DNA of 64,000 bases from Parasitella parasitica NRRL 2501. Lineage: Eukaryota > Fungi > Mucoromycota. This document shows positions 63,043 to 64,000 of the stretch, piece by piece. Numbering within the stretch: the first letter of the stretch is position 1; each line of letters opens with the position of its first letter. The stretch covers positions 62,001 through 126,000 of the forward strand of contig MU619318.1 of assembly GCA_025201805.1 (NCBI GenBank), written 5' to 3'. The notes beneath the pieces were generated by a model. The model saw only the letters and a program-made list of their open reading frames with translations. It ran no database searches and was not told the DNA's origin. A program made the translations under genes and the position numbers.

Positions 63043-63942
63043 ATGTTTCATAGAACCATAATTCAAAAACGGGCATTTCATTACAGCTGCAGCCTTTCTG
63101 AAAAATGGACCAAGGCCGGCCTTCGCCGAATGAAGAAGACCGACCTTGCTGCTTTAGCCAAAGAGAATCACCTGGATATATCCGGAACAAAGAACGACAT
63201 TATCATTCAGCTACTGAGCCATCAAACTGCCAAAATCGTAGGTAGCACAACACCTACATTGCATAGCATTCGCAAAGTTGTCGATAAATCAGACGAGACG
63301 CCTGAGGATGCTGTCGATGCCGTTAAGGCTGATAATGAGTGGATGAAAGCTTTTGAAATGAAAGTAGCTCAAAGGGGAAGCAGAAAACCAATGACTGATT
63401 CAAGAGATCATTTCACTTCGTCTGGCAGCGGTGCTAGCAAACCACACCCATTCAATGATGCAGTCAGGTCAACCGTTGTAAAACCTGCAATTGAACAAGT
63501 CCAGTCTACATTACCGCCACCCACCACAGTCGACAAGTCTCCGGCAACCAAAGAAACATACAGGCAAGCGCCTGAAATACTAAATGAATTAGAAGGTATG
63601 GATCCTGCATGGGTTGACGCATTTGACTTGAAAGTTGGATCAAGAGGAGCAAGGCATCATATGACAGACACATTGTCCCCCTCTACACCTACTTTGTCGG
63701 TGCCGATAAACGAATTATCATTTATCAATGTCGCTAAATCAGAAAAAGAAGAACACCCGCCAGCGGCCAATGACCTCAAAAACCACACTGACGAAAAAGC
63801 TCGTAGAAGCGAAACCTCTACCAGCAATAACAACGCCTGGATCAGCGCAGTTGTCGGAACTAGCATGTTAGCATGGTATGTCGGCGGTGAGCAAGGATTC
63901 AGCAGCGTTTGGCATTTCTTAACGGCTTCGTCTTCCTCCTAA
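63043..63942 (+). CDS. Probable mitochondrial SAP/HeH-domain protein with an internal 20-aa repeat and C-terminal TM
   Basis: Presequence-like MFHRTIIQKRAFHYS; SAP-like LRRMKKTDLAALAKENHLDISGTKNDIIIQL; hydrophobic WISAVVGTSMLAWYVGG. Confidence 0.8.
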   Translation: MFHRTIIQKRAFHYSCSLSEKWTKAGLRRMKKTDLAALAKENHLDISGTKNDIIIQLLSHQTAKIVGSTTPTLHSIRKVVDKSDETPEDAVDAVKADNEWMKAFEMKVAQRGSRKPMTDSRDHFTSSGSGASKPHPFNDAVRSTVVKPAIEQVQSTLPPPTTVDKSPATKETYRQAPEILNELEGMDPAWVDAFDLKVGSRGARHHMTDTLSPSTPTLSVPINELSFINVAKSEKEEHPPAANDLKNHTDEKARRSETSTSNNNAWISAVVGTSMLAWYVGGEQGFSSVWHFLTASSSS

Positions 63943-64000
63943 TCTTGAGCAGAGGGCAGGCTTTATTTAACTAACAAACGGTTTATATATCAATAAACTC

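Noticed and set aside
1-64000. CRISPR arrays, rRNA, tRNA and intact transposons
   Set aside because: None were seen. The sequence is eukaryotic with no repeat-spacer structure or intact transposase/RT ORF.

Overview
This is a compact, intron-rich (mostly 45-70 nt introns), AT-rich fungal genomic window whose gene style suggests Mucorales (inference). It holds about 24 protein-coding genes: a phytochelatin-synthase-like protein, RPL17, RPS6, eIF4E, a Zn2Cys6 transcription factor, an acidic disordered protein, V-ATPase H, an ACC-synthase-like aminotransferase, NDUFB3, a ZUP1/Mug105 deubiquitinase, ACH1, an APC permease, CaMK1, eIF4G, a truncated Cdt1-like protein, QRI7, a DH-domain RhoGEF, PKA-C, an AA12-like beta-propeller, a FAS1 membrane protein, an MFS transporter, Nse2/Mms21, a DAG kinase, a USP protein and a mitochondrial SAP-domain protein. 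There is also a Helitron relic and a 15-N gap. The top candidate for an undescribed system is the PCS-like gene (3130-4116). Its catalytic Cys is replaced by Gly, it has a mitochondrial-presequence-like N-terminus and a C-terminal CxxCxxxC, and five exact ATCTGATAA sites (the SreA/Fep1 iron-GATA consensus) lie just upstream. Together these suggest an iron-regulated mitochondrial glutathione/metal-binding pseudoenzyme. The second candidate is a hidden multi-exon Est3/TPP1-like small gene whose stop codon overlaps (ATGA) the start of the truncated Cdt1-like gene. All gene models and family calls were made by eye, without database searches.
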